Of a stretch of 64,000 nucleotides of DNA, positions 23,997-37,104 are shown piece after piece. The stretch lies in the NCBI GenBank assembly GCA_046563655.1, contig CM102284.1, positions 2,604,001 through 2,668,000 on the forward strand, written 5' to 3'. The position numbers were made by a program, and so were the translations under genes. Within the stretch, counting starts at the first letter, position 1. The number at the start of each line of letters is the position of its first letter. This DNA is from Yuukianura sp. NJ FZ-2021. Taxonomy: Eukaryota. The notes beneath the pieces are model-generated. The model made no database searches and was not told the DNA's origin. It saw only the letters and a list, made by a program, of their open reading frames with translations.

Positions 23997-24716
23997 TTAT
24001 CGAACATTCATACTTGCTTCGTTATACGTCGTAGCAATTACAATGTCTCCAACTTTGTTCACAACTTTGAATTCCGTTCCTCCATACACTCCCCATTTTG
24101 GATCAACAGCATTCCCATCAAATGTGCGACAAACAAATCTTGTCTTTTTGTTATTACTAAAGGTAACCTGCTTCCCTTCAAACCAAAATTCCACAAAACC
24201 TATGTTAATGTTTTTCGAAACTTTAATTCTGAGAACAATGGAATACCAAACGCCGTTTTTAAATGGGCTTGTCCAAAGTGTTGACCTCCGCTTGCCTGGA
24301 TTGTACTGTTCCAGAACAAGTTGACCCCTTATAGTCTTAATCACAACAGGATAGTTCTGCTGGTCTGCTGGATAAGCTTTCCATTGGAAATTGGCATTTG
24401 TTGTACCCGTTTGCAAATCCTGATTCAGTTGCAGCTTCCAACCAATGTACAGGTCATCACCCTCTTTTGCTTGAAATCCCTTTGCTCCGTGACCTTCACA
24501 ACGCATAGCTCCTTTGGGCTTTGTAAATGCCCACACCTTCGTGTCAAGTTCAGAGTCTTCTATGGCTTCAATTTTGTTACCAGTTCCTTCGAAGTTCAAG
24601 TGCTTCCACACTGCTGAACTTCCGCGGTTGGCTGATCCGTCAAACAAAATTTTAGCAGAAGCCAGGTAATAGTTAAGCACAAAAAGTAGCATAACAGTGA
24701 CCGGTTGGTTGATCAT
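23997..24716 (-). CDS. Secreted polysaccharide-lyase-like (beta-jelly-roll) protein, bacterial type, intronless
   Basis: Single 239-aa ORF with a signal peptide. Motifs RCE, YIGW, NANFQWK, QNYPVV, GFVEFWFEG and DPKWGVYG match the RxE / Q / KxGxY pattern of jelly-roll lyases and recalled actinobacterial secreted proteins. Confidence 0.75.
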   Translation of the reverse strand: MINQPVTVMLLFVLNYYLASAKILFDGSANRGSSAVWKHLNFEGTGNKIEAIEDSELDTKVWAFTKPKGAMRCEGHGAKGFQAKEGDDLYIGWKLQLNQDLQTGTTNANFQWKAYPADQQNYPVVIKTIRGQLVLEQYNPGKRRSTLWTSPFKNGVWYSIVLRIKVSKNINIGFVEFWFEGKQVTFSNNKKTRFVCRTFDGNAVDPKWGVYGGTEFKVVNKVGDIVIATTYNEASMNVR

Positions 24717-25072
24717 TGTAGCGCCGACCTTATCGGAATTCGAAAACCAAATATTTTTTTAATAATTTTTGTTTACTTTGAGTCACAATTTAAACAGGAA
24801 CAAATTTTCCAAGTTGTTCTTTTAGGAAAGACAGTGTACGGCAATATTAAACGGTTTGAGGGAGTTTTTTTTTCTGTTGTCGTTTTAAGTAAGTGTGTAT
24901 CGACAATTGCTAGTACCACAAGTTTTGTTTGAAGTCGTTTTGTAGAATACTGCGAACAACATTCATCAAAAAAAATAACAGGCATTACGAATAATGACAT
25001 ATTTGCTATTTAGCATCAAAAATTGAAACCTAGACAATGAAAGGGACACAATTTAGAACTTTTGTGTTGTCA

Positions 25073-27847
25073 CTATTCTTCATCTGGGTCTCTGTCTTCT
25101 GTGTCTGCTTCTGGTTCCGTAGAACTAGGTGTGTCTGTTAGCTCAGTTGCAGCCGCCGGAATGTCCTTGATTCCGCCATACTGCTGCGGTAGTTGCTCTG
25201 GTGAAACATCCTGAAATAGTGCCAACTGCCAGTAGTATCTAACTGGTCCATAGACTTTCCATTTGACCCGAGCTTGTTCTGGGAGAAACAGTTTGAGTAG
25301 GTTGTAGGCCATTGTGAATGGTGTAGGGGCTGAAACACAAACAAACATTATGTTTGTGCGTGAGTATAAAATTTTTAGGTAATACCTTCTTATGATGTAC
25401 GGATTTTCAAAAATGTTGCTAACATAATCACTATAATTAAAATGTTTTACTTACTGTTGATGAGGTACCAACGCTTGAGAATTCGGTTGTCGTACTTGGT
25501 TTCGAAATACTCTGTCATCTCAATCATGAATGCATTTGCTAGAAATTCAATGAAGTGCACTCTTACGCCAAACCGGTACAGTGTGGCGCAAAAGTAATGT
25601 AGACGACGTTATGTGCTAAAGGGTTTGAACACAATAACCCGATCAAGTTCTGTAAACAGAATGCGTTGGTAGTCTGGTAAAAACTTTGTGTATTGGATGC
25701 GCTTCAAATTCCCTCTGTTAAGCGCAGTTCTTACCAACCGCTTTTATTATGTTGCATGTTTCAATAAAATGCACTCTTACGCCAAAACGGTACAGTGTGG
25801 CGCAAAAGTAATGTAGACGACGTTATCGACTAAAAGGTTTGAACACAATAACTCGATCAAGTTCTGTAAACAGAATGCTTTGGTAGTGTGGTGAAAACTT
25901 TGTGTATTGGATGCGCTTCAAATTCCCTCTGTTAAGCGCAGTTCTTACCAACCGCTTTTATTATGTTGCATGTTTCAATAAAATGCACTCTTACGCCAAA
26001 ACGGTACAGTGTGGCGCAAAAGTAATGTAGACGACGTTATCGACTAAAAGGTTTGAACAGAATAACTCGATCAAGTTCTGTAAACAGAATGCTTTTTTAG
26101 TGTGGTGAAAACTTTGTGTATTGGATGCGCTTCAAATTCCCTCTGTTAAGTTCAGTCCTTACCAGCCGCTTTTATTATGTTGTATGTTTCAATAAAATGC
26201 ACTCTTACGCCAAAACGGTACAGTGTGGCGCAAAAGTAATGTAGACGACGTTATCGACTAAAAGGTTTGAACACAATAACTCGATCAAGTTCTGTAAACA
26301 GAATGCTTTGGTAGTGTGGTGAAAACTTTGTGTATTGGATGCGCTTCAAATTCCCTCTGTTAAGCGCAGTTCTTACCAACCGCTTTTATTATGTTGCATG
26401 TTTCAATAAAATGCACTCTTACGCCAAAACGGTACAGTGTGGCGCAAAAGTAATGTAGACGACGTTATCGACTAAAAGGTTTGAACACAATAACTCGATC
26501 AAGTTCTGTAAACAGAATGCTTTGGTAGTGTGGTGAAAACTTTGTGTATTGGATGCGCTTCAAATTCCCTCTGTTAAGCGCAGTTCTTACCAACCGCTTT
26601 TATTATGTTGTATATTCCAATAAAATGCACTCTTACGCCAAAACGGTACAGTGTGGCGCAAAAGTAATGTAGACGACGTTATCGACTAAAAGGTTTGAAC
26701 AGAATAACTCGATCAAGTTCTGTAAACAGAATGCTTTGGTAGTGTGGTGAAAACTTTGTGTATTGGATGCGCTTCAAATTCCCTCTGTTAAGCGCAGTTC
26801 TTACCAACCGCTTTTATTATGTTGCATGTTTCAATAAAATGCACTCTTACGCCAAAACGGTACAGTGTGGCGCAAAAGTAATGTAGACGACGTTATCGAC
26901 TAAAAGGTTTGAACAGAATAACTCGATCAAGTTCTGTAAACAGAATGCTTTTTTAGTGTGGTGAAAACTTTGTGTATTGGATGCGCTTCAAATTCCCTCT
27001 GTTAAGTTCAGTCCTTACCAGCCGCTTTTATTATGTTGTATGTTTCAATGAAGTGCACTCTTACGCCACAACGGTACAGTGTGGCGCAAAAGTAATGTAG
27101 ACGACGTTATGTACTAATTGCTTGTTTATACCGGACCATTTGATGGATTTTCCATCCACTGGACGGCAATCCAGTCGTTCACATTCACATCGTTCACAAA
27201 GTACACTCTTTACGCCAAAACGGTACAGTATGGGATTTATATCGTACTCTACCGATTCAAAATTTAATAACTTTCTACGGATTTGTTTACCTTCCGGACT
27301 AAATCCCTGTAATACCGAGTACTTTGTCATGTCAAATATTGAAACACCGGATTTGACCTTTCCGTCCGGTTGAATACTAATATTTGCCAGTTTGTCAAAT
27401 ATTTCGTGGTAAATGGCTCGCAACTTCTCTTTTTCTCCATCTCGAATTGCTACGAATAAAAAGAATCACTGTTATTTAGTTGATAATTTCGCAAAGCCAA
27501 ATTTCAGTAGTTTTTAAAACTAAAAGTCGCAAAATTTAAATCAAACGAAACAAATGTGAACATTCGCACCTCGAACAACATCCCACTCTCCGTAAGGAAT
27601 TGTTAATACTGTAAATATTAAAAATAAATTATGAATTTTTGTCATCCATTAAATTACAAATCGGAAAATCAAAATTTTCATAAATATAATGAAAATTAAT
27701 TACAAAGTTGCATGTAATACCTGGGCCGCCGTCAAGTGTAACGCCTTCAATTCTGTACGCGTAGCGTTTTCGAAAGGCTTCATCTAGTGCTAGCGCTCCA
27801 GCGATTGTAGTTAGCAAGGTTGAAAATATTAAAAGTTTGATCAACAT
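25073..27847 (-). CDS. Short SEC14/CRAL-TRIO-like protein with signal peptide and acidic tail (copy 3)
   Basis: Phase-consistent exons 27847-27721, 27608-27570, 27449-27291, 25538-25455, 25329-25073. Motifs: DGGPVLTIPYGEWDV, IFDMTKYS, YLINTPTPFTMAYNLLKLFL, VSPEQLPQQYGG. Confidence 0.85.
25546..27111. repeat. 214-bp tandem array (7 full units plus a partial) inside intron 3 of SEC14-like copy 3
   Basis: GCACTCTTACGCCA recurs at 25557, 25771, 25985, 26199, 26413, 26627, 26841 and 27055. A further fragment lies near 27204-27229. Confidence 0.98.
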
Positions 27848-28467
27848 CTTGTTTAAAAATATTTTAAAATTTGGAAATTCTAAAAGGATTGAAGCTTTTT
27901 AAATTGTTTTGCCTTCAAACAATGCAATCAGTATTAGAAGAATTATGTCCAAAAAAAAATTTTTTTTTGAACTCTCTCTTGCAAATGTAAGTACCAGATT
28001 TTCATTAGCATTCCACGCCGCATATGTGGCAAATTTCATTACAGTTCAACTACCTCTACGTGTTCTTGTCAACTACTGACTTCCCAAATACAATTGCCTT
28101 ATCTTAAAACAACAAATGAATATTTAAATGAAAAGTTAGAGAATATTTTTTGAGATTTACTATACTTCTGTACCGCTTTTTTTTATGAGAATTGCGTAAT
28201 TCACTTTTTGTTTTTGTCTGAAACAAAAAAGCTTTTTTTACACAAGGTTGACCAGTAACTCGAAGTTTTAAAATTTGTGCGAAAGTAGCAAATCTGCCTT
28301 TCTATGAGAATTTTTTGCATGCAATTTAAATGGGATTAGCACTAGAAGTTGTTTGAAGCAAAATTTTTGAAAACCATGAGTTATTGGACAACTTGTTGTT
28401 GAAAATACAATTCGGTCGTCAGGGAACCTTGGTCTGAAATTTTTCAGTTTAGCTCCCCATTTCAGTT

Positions 28468-29883
28468 TTAGGCTATTTGTTTGTCGATGTTTTCTGGTGC
28501 GGTCGGAATTTGCTGATGCTTTTGACTTTTGTGTCTCATTGAACCTGGGCCGTGTGCCTCTGACACTTCCGGTGAGACGGTAGTTTGCATGCAGCAGTAC
28601 ATTCTTAAGAATTCTTGTTTGAACGCCATTCCCAACAGGCAGTAGAATACAAAATTGACTGATGAATTTGTGAGTAGAAGTAGATCAGTTATATCCTTTA
28701 GTAGAACATAGACGAAATGCAAATAGAGCCTGTGCTCTTCGTCTCTGAAGTAGCCAACAATTGCTACCACTGCAAAAACTATGTCCGTCAAGCAGGACAA
28801 CGAGATGACCCAGATTACAATTTTTGTGTACGAGATGTTTCTAGCTTCGGAACTTGTGATTCTGCGTCTGCGCTGTTCAATCGCTTTTAGGGCAAACCAA
28901 ATTTTCCAATTAAGGTAGAACAAAATGCCGAGCGGTATGAGATAATGCAGCACCAAAATTTTGAACTTGGACATGTACACTCTCATCACTGCAGACGCTT
29001 TCATTGCTGGATTTTTTCTTACGATGTAATGACCTGGACTGGGACAGTGAGCGAGAACTTCATCAGAAATTGCAATTGTTTCAAATCGCCACCACAACGG
29101 AAGTTCGTAAATGATGAAGCCAATGAGAATGAAGAATGCGATTATCACGGTCTTCCTCCTGTTTATAATTTTACTACTTTCCAGTGGCTTGCAAACTGCA
29201 ATGTAAAAAAAATTAGCAATTAAAAAAGTCTCCGAAATTTCTGTTTCTACATTTTTTCGTTAACTTAAAACGTTTCGTTTTGGAAAACTTACCGTAAATA
29301 TATCTCTCTATCGTGAGAAAAAGTGTAAACCCAATGGAAGCATTTTGAGCTGTAAAAAACAAAACACAATATGGTACACCTAAGTTTATTTTTAAAAACT
29401 TCAAAATTTCAATATTTTGTTTTAGAGTTTGCATAATTAGCAGACATCTAAAATGTGCTAACCTGTCCAAAGTAATGGGTACAAGTATGGGTATGCCATT
29501 GGTCTCCAGTGTGTCATAAAATAATTGTCAAACTGAACCATGTCACTTCCGGCCATCATGGCTTCTCTCGCAATAATTGTTGGTATTGACCAACTAATCA
29601 AGTAAAGTAAAATGTAAATTGAGTCACATGCAGTCAAAAACAATAGGATGACATTGATTGGTAGAACTCTCATCGCAGGTCTCGTTAGTACACTGGCACT
29701 GAGAATGTTACCAACGAGACCAAATGCACACACAAAGCACGAAACCCAACCGCGTAACAAGTACGCAGCGTCACTGTTCGCATTTAGCGACGAAATTCCA
29801 AAGACCAAAGAACTGTTGATAGCCATCGCCTCTTTCTCTTCACAAAATGTCTCGTTGAGTACATTTGCGTCTTCCTCTTCCAT
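28468..29883 (-). CDS. Class A peptide GPCR (FMRFamide-receptor-like family)
   Basis: Exons 29883-29463, 29349-29293, 29195-28468. TM1 FGLVGNILS..VLTRPAMR, TM2 LTACD, TM3 LTIERYIYVCKPL, TM5 YLIPL..LFYLN, TM7 NSSVNFVFY. Confidence 0.88.
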
Positions 29884-31928
29884 TTTGAACTTCTCGTTTT
29901 CAAATTTTTGAAAAACTCCGACAATGAACTTCGAAAAAGAACCGGCGATGGTTAGATTTTACAGAGATTCTTAGAAATGTAAACGTGGAACGATGTTTCT
30001 CAGAACTCTGGATCGTCAAAAATTCTACGATTTCGACAAGATTTCTAAGAAGTATATGTTTAGATATTGTGAAAAGGTTATGTCTCCGTGTCAGAAGGCA
30101 GCGAAATAAACAGAAGTTGAAGAGGGCACTAAACCGAAAGGCAGGACCGCCGCAGAGCCTACCACCAGAAACCGCAAACGGCGTGTGCCAATTTGTAATA
30201 AAGCTGAAATCCAAGAACTCGAAACCTCCCTCCACCGAAGGGGAAGTGCGTGGGAAGGAGGGCAAAAGTTAATGAAAAATATGAAACTTAAAAATAGAAA
30301 TTTTGGAGAGTGTCGGTGACAAAATACGGAAATATTTTTAGGTACTACAACATCCGGAAAGTGGAGAGATTTTAAACTCCTACTCCATTTTTTAAAGCAC
30401 CCAAAATAAAAAGTGTCATTGAAAAACTCCTCTGTGGCTATAGAGATCATGTGTCAATGAGCCCCAAAATACATAAAAATTTAACAATTTCAATTTATTT
30501 AAAAACAGACTCAATTTTTTTTTATCTGACACTTTCGTTGTTGGCACACTTTCAGAAGTCCTTAGGGCTTGTCCCAAAGTCCAACAGTAACAGACAGCAG
30601 AAGTGAACCTGCGGGATATTAACAGAGTTATTGATGTGGACTTGGCACGAGACGCTGTTTTCCCTTCACTGATATCCTTCATCGCTGCCAAAAAGCCACT
30701 TGAAAGAAATTTGTTTAAAACATTGTTTAATAAAAACCACAAAATTTTAAAATTTTGACGTCTTACTTTTCATCAACTTGCCAATTTTGATCTGAAAACT
30801 GAATTAAACCGCTTTTATTATGAACGTCAAAGGACTTGTTGATGAAAGCTTGTTGCTTAAGATTTAAGATATTTGTTTTACAAAATTGAACATTTTTAAC
30901 ATCATTTTTGAAGAAAAATTTATACAAACGCTTCCATACTTTTTCAGCTTTTGTACAATTCAAGCTCCAATCAACTTTGATTTGCTTTGAAGACATTCAT
31001 TCCAGAGTAAATTAAAACACTTCTCTTCCATGTCTAGTTTCTTTTCAAGTGCTTAGTAATTTGCGGTCAAATTAATCGTCATTCAAACCACATAGAGTGT
31101 TAGTTTGAAGCATTGCATGGAGTCTTATTTCCTCTGTTAGTAAACTTTTCTGGGCAACAAGAAGTAACCTTGTTATGTCCTACTGGTTACGGTGACGTCA
31201 GTTAGTTTCCGCTTTCATTCTACTCACTATTAAGTCACTCCCGCAAAGCTTTCTAGCTACAAACGAGTAATGGCAGCTAAACGGTCGATCTAGTTTTTGC
31301 TATTTTACAGATTATACTTTTCGCATAAAACAGTGTTACCCATGCAGGACGTCTTTTGTGAGGAAGCGCATAATTTTTAATAATAATTTTTAGTCGCTTT
31401 ATTACATACGCTTTTTTTTGTTGGCACTTATCATCTGGAATATGTACGACAACCTATGAAACTGCTTAATCATTTCCCAATTTTTTGACGTTTTTAACAA
31501 CCCATTACTGGACATTGACTGAGCGATAAATTATCTTTTCAATATCCTACTCTTTTTGACATTTATAATCCAAAAGCACTAAAAAAACTACTCAAAAAGG
31601 CACCATTTGTGTGAAAGTGATCAATTGATTTTTTGATTTTTATACCACGGGTTGGCGTATCAAGCAAAAAAAAAAAACACATTTGGGAAATATCATATTC
31701 GGATAGACACATTGAAGAAAACGACGAAAAGGAAAACTAAATTGACTAAATTGACTCCATCAATCAGAAAACTGCATTTATATTTAGTTGTCCTAATACC
31801 GGCTAAAACCGTCAAAATCATCCCGAAACCAAACTTGGAGGCTTCAAAAGTTTCACAACGCACTGCAGCGTGCTGTCGGAAATCCCTTCCAAAAATTTTC
31901 TAGTTCTTTTTCAAAAATTTGTTTAAAA

Positions 31929-34109
31929 ATGATAAAATTTGGTTTTCCGTTGGAGACTTTAAAATACCAAGCAATAATAATGCTTTTTACAAATCCTGCT
32001 GTCGTTGGGACAATTGACACGGCCTTTGACGCGGCTAGTTTATTGTTGACCTCTTCTGTAGCACATGCTTCTGCGTCGTGTCAAACTTGGGTCATCGTTG
32101 GGCCAAGAAATTTTGAATTTTCCACTACACAAAATTCAGAAAGTTCAGCATTTTTGATTTATAGAAATGGAGAAAATTGGACAAACAAATCTGTGAAATA
32201 CACAACAGAATATGAACATTCCGAGGAAGAACTGCTGTTTCCACTGTATTCCGGTCCACTGAAGAACGGTGCACAATGTCAAGTAGTTTTCATGTTGACC
32301 TTTGACCCCAACTTTATTGAATCTGCTACCCTACACCTAGTCCAGTCTAGACTCGTGCGCCCCCACAAAGACCACTTTTTCTACTTCAGTAGTACTGTTT
32401 CCGCAAATATTCAAAATCAAATGCGTTACACTTATCATTTCAACCAAAACGTTTCTTCCTACCTTAATAATACGCATGCAACCGGAAATCTGTTCCTGTC
32501 TAAATCAAAGTCCAGCCAAATTTTAAACGGGCAACATTTTCGTGTATCAGCAGTTTTCGGCAGATGCTTTATTCGCATCAAAGAAAACGTCGTTTTGAAA
32601 ACCAACGAAAGTGAAGGAATTTACACCGATATTTTGGAAGAAGGCGCTAAGCGTTTCAACTTCACATTTTCAATTCATCTTGCCAATCATGGTGGAGCGT
32701 CTGGGTTTAAAAAAGGTGGACGTTGGTATGGGAGTGTTGGAGAAGTTTACCATAACGAAGCGGACATTGGCGTTGGTACGGGCATGTCTGCTACGCGAGA
32801 CTGCGTGATTGATAACGGAATTTCCTTTGGAGAGAACAAACGTGTTTTCTTTATAAAAGATCAAACACTGAGACCGAACTGGAAAGCAATTTTCAGTCCA
32901 TTTCAACCAATCGTGTGGAGTCTCATAGTTGCGACTGCGTTGTTTCTCACGCCAGTGTACTACGCGTCGATTCGAATTTTGCTAAACCAGGTATACTCAA
33001 AAATGGATTCTTTTTGGTTTTTCAAAATTTTGAAATCTTTTGATGTAAGCAGGCCACCGATCACTGCGCAGACGCCCTCCGAGTTCACTTTTGCTCAAAA
33101 AATGGAGCCACAATTCTAAACGACGTCGTCGTGTCTCTGCTGAAGATTTTGCTTGAGCAGTCTTCGACTCCCGGGAAGCATTTGGTTGGCCTCCGAATTC
33201 GGTTTTTAATTCTCCTTTGGGTAATATTTTGTCTAGTGGTGGGGGCGGGGTACAGGTCACGCCTCGTCTACTTCTTGACATTCATCACACCGGACGAAGA
33301 ATTGCCAAGGACGCATGCAGATCTTGTGGCAGCCGGTTACAAAATACATTTTCGAAATTATGGTGGTCTTGCGTACAAATTTATGCGAGAAAGTACAGAT
33401 CCGATTCAAAAAGAATTGTCCAAACAGGCTGTGTTGTACAACAATTCTGAGTCATGTATGATCAGTACAATGTTGACAGAGCGATCAGCATGCCTTGACT
33501 GGGAAATTCATGGGAGTTATGCCGTGGCTACAAATGCGACTTTGCACGTCTACCAAACCAAACCGCTATTAATTAAATCCACTGACTCCGTTCTTACCAC
33601 ACTTGGCACGTGGGTTTATCGAAAACGATCACCATTGCGCGATGTTTTTGACTCTTATTTGATACAAGTAAGATTTACGATTGTAGATAACAGTTCCACA
33701 TATTACAGAAATTTTACTCACGGTGCCCCAAACACCCCGTCTTAGTAAATTCTAAAAAAAAAAAAAAACACGTTACCTAAAACTGTAACTTAAGTGTTTG
33801 AAATTCTTTCAGGTTTTTGCTTCTGGCCTTGACATTAAATGGGGTGACGATGATTGGAGAAAAGGAAAAGTTGAAGGCTCAAAGTGGCTTCGTCAAAACG
33901 CTGGTGACGGTCGACTCCAGCAACAAATTTTGAACATGTTTGACGAATATTCAACGTCTCCCAAAGCCCTCAAATTAGTCAGCATCTACGGAATTCTGGG
34001 AACCCTTGTACTTGGAAGTATACTGGCTGCAGTAGTATTTGGACGAGAGTTATGCGTAAAATCACTACCGATAAAGTTGTTACCTGTCATGAATTTACGT
34101 AAACACTAA
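31929..34109 (+). CDS. Divergent ionotropic receptor (IR, iGluR-related chemoreceptor)
   Basis: Exons 31929-32990, 33053-33667, 33813-34109. S1 EGIYTDIL...WYGSVGEVYHNEADIGV; IFSPFQPIVW (M1); LLEQS pore segment; LWVIFCLVVGAGYRSRLVYFLT (M3); C-terminal TM GILGTLVLGSILAAVVFGRE. Confidence 0.88.
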
Positions 34110-34356
34110 CCTTAACGGCAAATTCGTATAGGACGTAGTAGTAGTTTGAAGACTGCCCTGACAAAATTTTAATAGTTGACTATATTTGCTTCAACTAAAA
34201 AATGAAATATAACAAAACCGAGCAATTTATGAAAATGGAAACAATTTGATTATTCAATTAAATGTTTCATTTCAAATATTTAAATATTCAAATCTAACCT
34301 ACGGTTAACATTTAAAACATTCACTGTGCCCATGTTGTAGGCTAATTCGACACACA

Positions 34357-37104
34357 CTAAAAGAAATTGAGGACTTTTTCGTCAGCGTATACTTCCACAT
34401 AGTTGCTGGTTGTTTGAAAACTTTCATTGCCTCCCGGTTCGGTGGGATAAGATACTGTATTCTGGCTATCGCTTTGCAGCGGTAAACAACTTTTGCTCTC
34501 CCTTTGATGCCTCATAAGATACATCTTTATTGGAAACGTTTTCCCACATCGTTCACAGTCCCATGGCCTCAACTCTGAGTTATGCACCAAGTGATTATGT
34601 CGCTTGAATCCCGCCAAATTTGAACAGTACTTTTCACAAAGTTCACAAAAAATTGAATCTGGTCCAATTTTGATGGGTTTGCAATTCGGGTATTTGATTT
34701 CGTGCCGCCTCAAGTATTTCTTGGTAGGAAATCCACGCTTGCAGCGACTACATGAAAAATCATTCTTGTTTCCTTCTGTATGTTTAATGGCTATGTGGTC
34801 CTCCAAAGTCTTAGGAGAGCTCAATTTTAAGCCACATAAGGCGCAGGTCCACCGCTTCTTCGGTTCACGTTCATTCTTAGGTGTGTGAACTCTTTGTATG
34901 TGAACTTTAATAGTATTCTGGTGTTTGAACATACGAGAACACCCTGGAACAGTGCATTTGAACCTCTTTTCTGTTGTCTCGTGCACACATTCGATATGTT
35001 TCTTAAGGTAAGCCTTGGCTTCTGAACGGTAGTTGCAACCTTCGTGTGGACACGTATGTGGTTTCAGAACTTCAACTGAAACCCCTCATGCTGAAGTTGA
35101 TGACGGCGAAAATTGGCTTTTGAACCAAACGTCTTACCACACTCGGCACATACTTCACGTTCTTGTGGAGATTTTGGTTTTAAAAGATTTGGATACAAGT
35201 CTGGATGAACTCGTGATTGGTGGTACCAGAGTTTTGCTTTGCCTGCACATCCAAAACTGCAGCCGGCAACCGTGCATTTTCTTGAAAAAAAAAAGACAAA
35301 GAAATGATGAATTTTTTTGTAAAAATTCATTTTCAGATTCAATTCTGAATAATTTTAAGTTTGAAGCTTACTCAGTCTTGCCTAATTTCTCAAAAAAATA
35401 AAATTCGACTCACCGAGATGGTTGCGAATGACAATCTTTGACGTGATACTTGAGATCTCGCTCAATACGAAAGGACCGATTACAGATGGAACAACAGTGG
35501 AGCACAGGGTTAGTCGTATGACGTCGCAATATGTGTTCGTTAAGTTTCCCTTGACGATCAAATCCCTTAGAACAAAGGTGGCACGAAAAATAAAACAGGC
35601 CTTTGTGTCGGTTCCGATGTGAGTGTAATGCGTGGAAGGCTGCATACTGCTTGTTGCATGTTGGTTCACTACATTTGTATGGATAAGGATCCTTCAAATG
35701 CTTTCGCCGATAATGTCCAGCTAATCGATCAGGGTCTGTTGATGAGAACTTGCAGCGTGGAGCGAAACAGAATTCTGGAATGCCTTCTGGTGCTTTGTAC
35801 CTCGAGGAAGGTGGTGCACGCATTTTCGTCCCTTTATTTCCAAGATCTGAGCTTAAGTTGGAGTTAGCAAGTGCTTTTTTGCGAAACCGTTCGATCATTG
35901 CGAGGTAATGTGAGTCCAATTTTTTGGCTTTTGATTTGATTGCAGAACACTTTCTCTTGCTTCTCCGATCGTTTGGTTGAAAACTGTGATGGTCGCATCG
36001 GATAAGTTGAATCTTCGCGAATTTCAGCAGCACTGGGCCTCCGACGGTTTCGTAAGTAAAAGCTATATGCAAAACCATAAATGAATATAAAATAATTAGA
36101 TTCTTTCGAGACTTCGAAATCAAAATTCGATTGAGAACACCTACTATTAGACTTTTCCTGTCTCTCCTGGAATATTTTGGGTTGAAGTGTTTTCCAGCAG
36201 AGCTTAAGGTTTGGAATGGAATTCGGTTCTGCATTAGACACAGCTGTTGCTACTTCGTTCCAAATTTGACTAACAGCAGGATCCTCGTCGTCGTATCTTG
36301 TGCTTTCTAATATAACCTTGTTGTTTTCGTACTGCTGAAAAAGGACAACCTTTTGAACTCGTGTAAACCTTGGCGTTAAGGAGCGCAGGGCAGTAAGAGA
36401 ATCGCAGCTTGGTCCAGCTGAAGTTTCGTCTGGAACCCATTCTGGATCATCATCATCATGTTTCCGCTTCACTGCACGTTGTTTCGTACGATCATGACCT
36501 TCATCTCCTTCACTTCCTGCCAATGACGAATCATCTCTGTCATTCTCAGACTCATCTGGAGGTAAAAAATGTTCCGGTGTTCCTGGAATGTCTGGCAATA
36601 TTTGCTCTTCAAACTCGTTGGTGTAATCTAAAAAAAAACAAATAAATTAGCACATGGGGAGTAAGTTATTTAATAGGTAGTGAGAAAATAGAAATAAGCA
36701 TTACCCAATTGTGGGATGATAAGAAAGTCAGGAGAAGGTTGGAAGTGATATTCTGATTTAATGCAGTGAAGATGCATGGGTTTCTTGGTATTTCCTGCTC
36801 GTTTCTTACTCTCTCGTATAATTTGTAACAAGCGCGAGCCAATCGTTCTCATTCTGTGCAAAACTAGCTCCCATTCCTCAACAACTGACTCTGCTTCTGT
36901 TAAGTATTCTTGGCAAGAAGTACATGGCGTTGCGTGTAGGTACTTGACTTCCGTTTCCTTGCTGGGCAACGGAGAGGTTTGACCCTCAAGACTAAGGACT
37001 GTTGACAGAGCACGAGCTTGAACTGAAGTAATAGTAGTCGTAGCTGACTCCTCGCAACGCCGTAAACAGAAAGTACAGATTCGTTGAGGTTCACCGACAT
37101 CCAT
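34357..37104 (-). CDS. ZAD-like/C2H2 zinc-finger protein A (apparent 1-nt frameshift at ~35082-35085)
   Basis: Exons 37104-36705, 36627-36145, 36062-35414, 35280-34357. N-terminal CTFC...PCTSC and many C2H2 fingers. The frame breaks at HEG relative to paralog B. Confidence 0.8.

Noticed and set aside
25546-27111. CRISPR array or tandem RNA genes (5S, tRNA, snRNA)
   Set aside because: No variable spacers and no recognisable RNA gene motifs in the 214-bp unit.
29900-30996. Overlapping ORFs upstream of the GPCR
   Set aside because: No recognisable domain; more likely 5' UTR or regulatory sequence.
32991-33130. Apparent frameshift between the two IR ORFs
   Set aside because: Resolved by a 62-nt GT-AG intron at 32991-33052.
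36050-36145. Second apparent frameshift in zinc-finger gene A
   Set aside because: Resolved by a phase-1 intron (GTAGGT...ATAG) at the same position as in paralog B.
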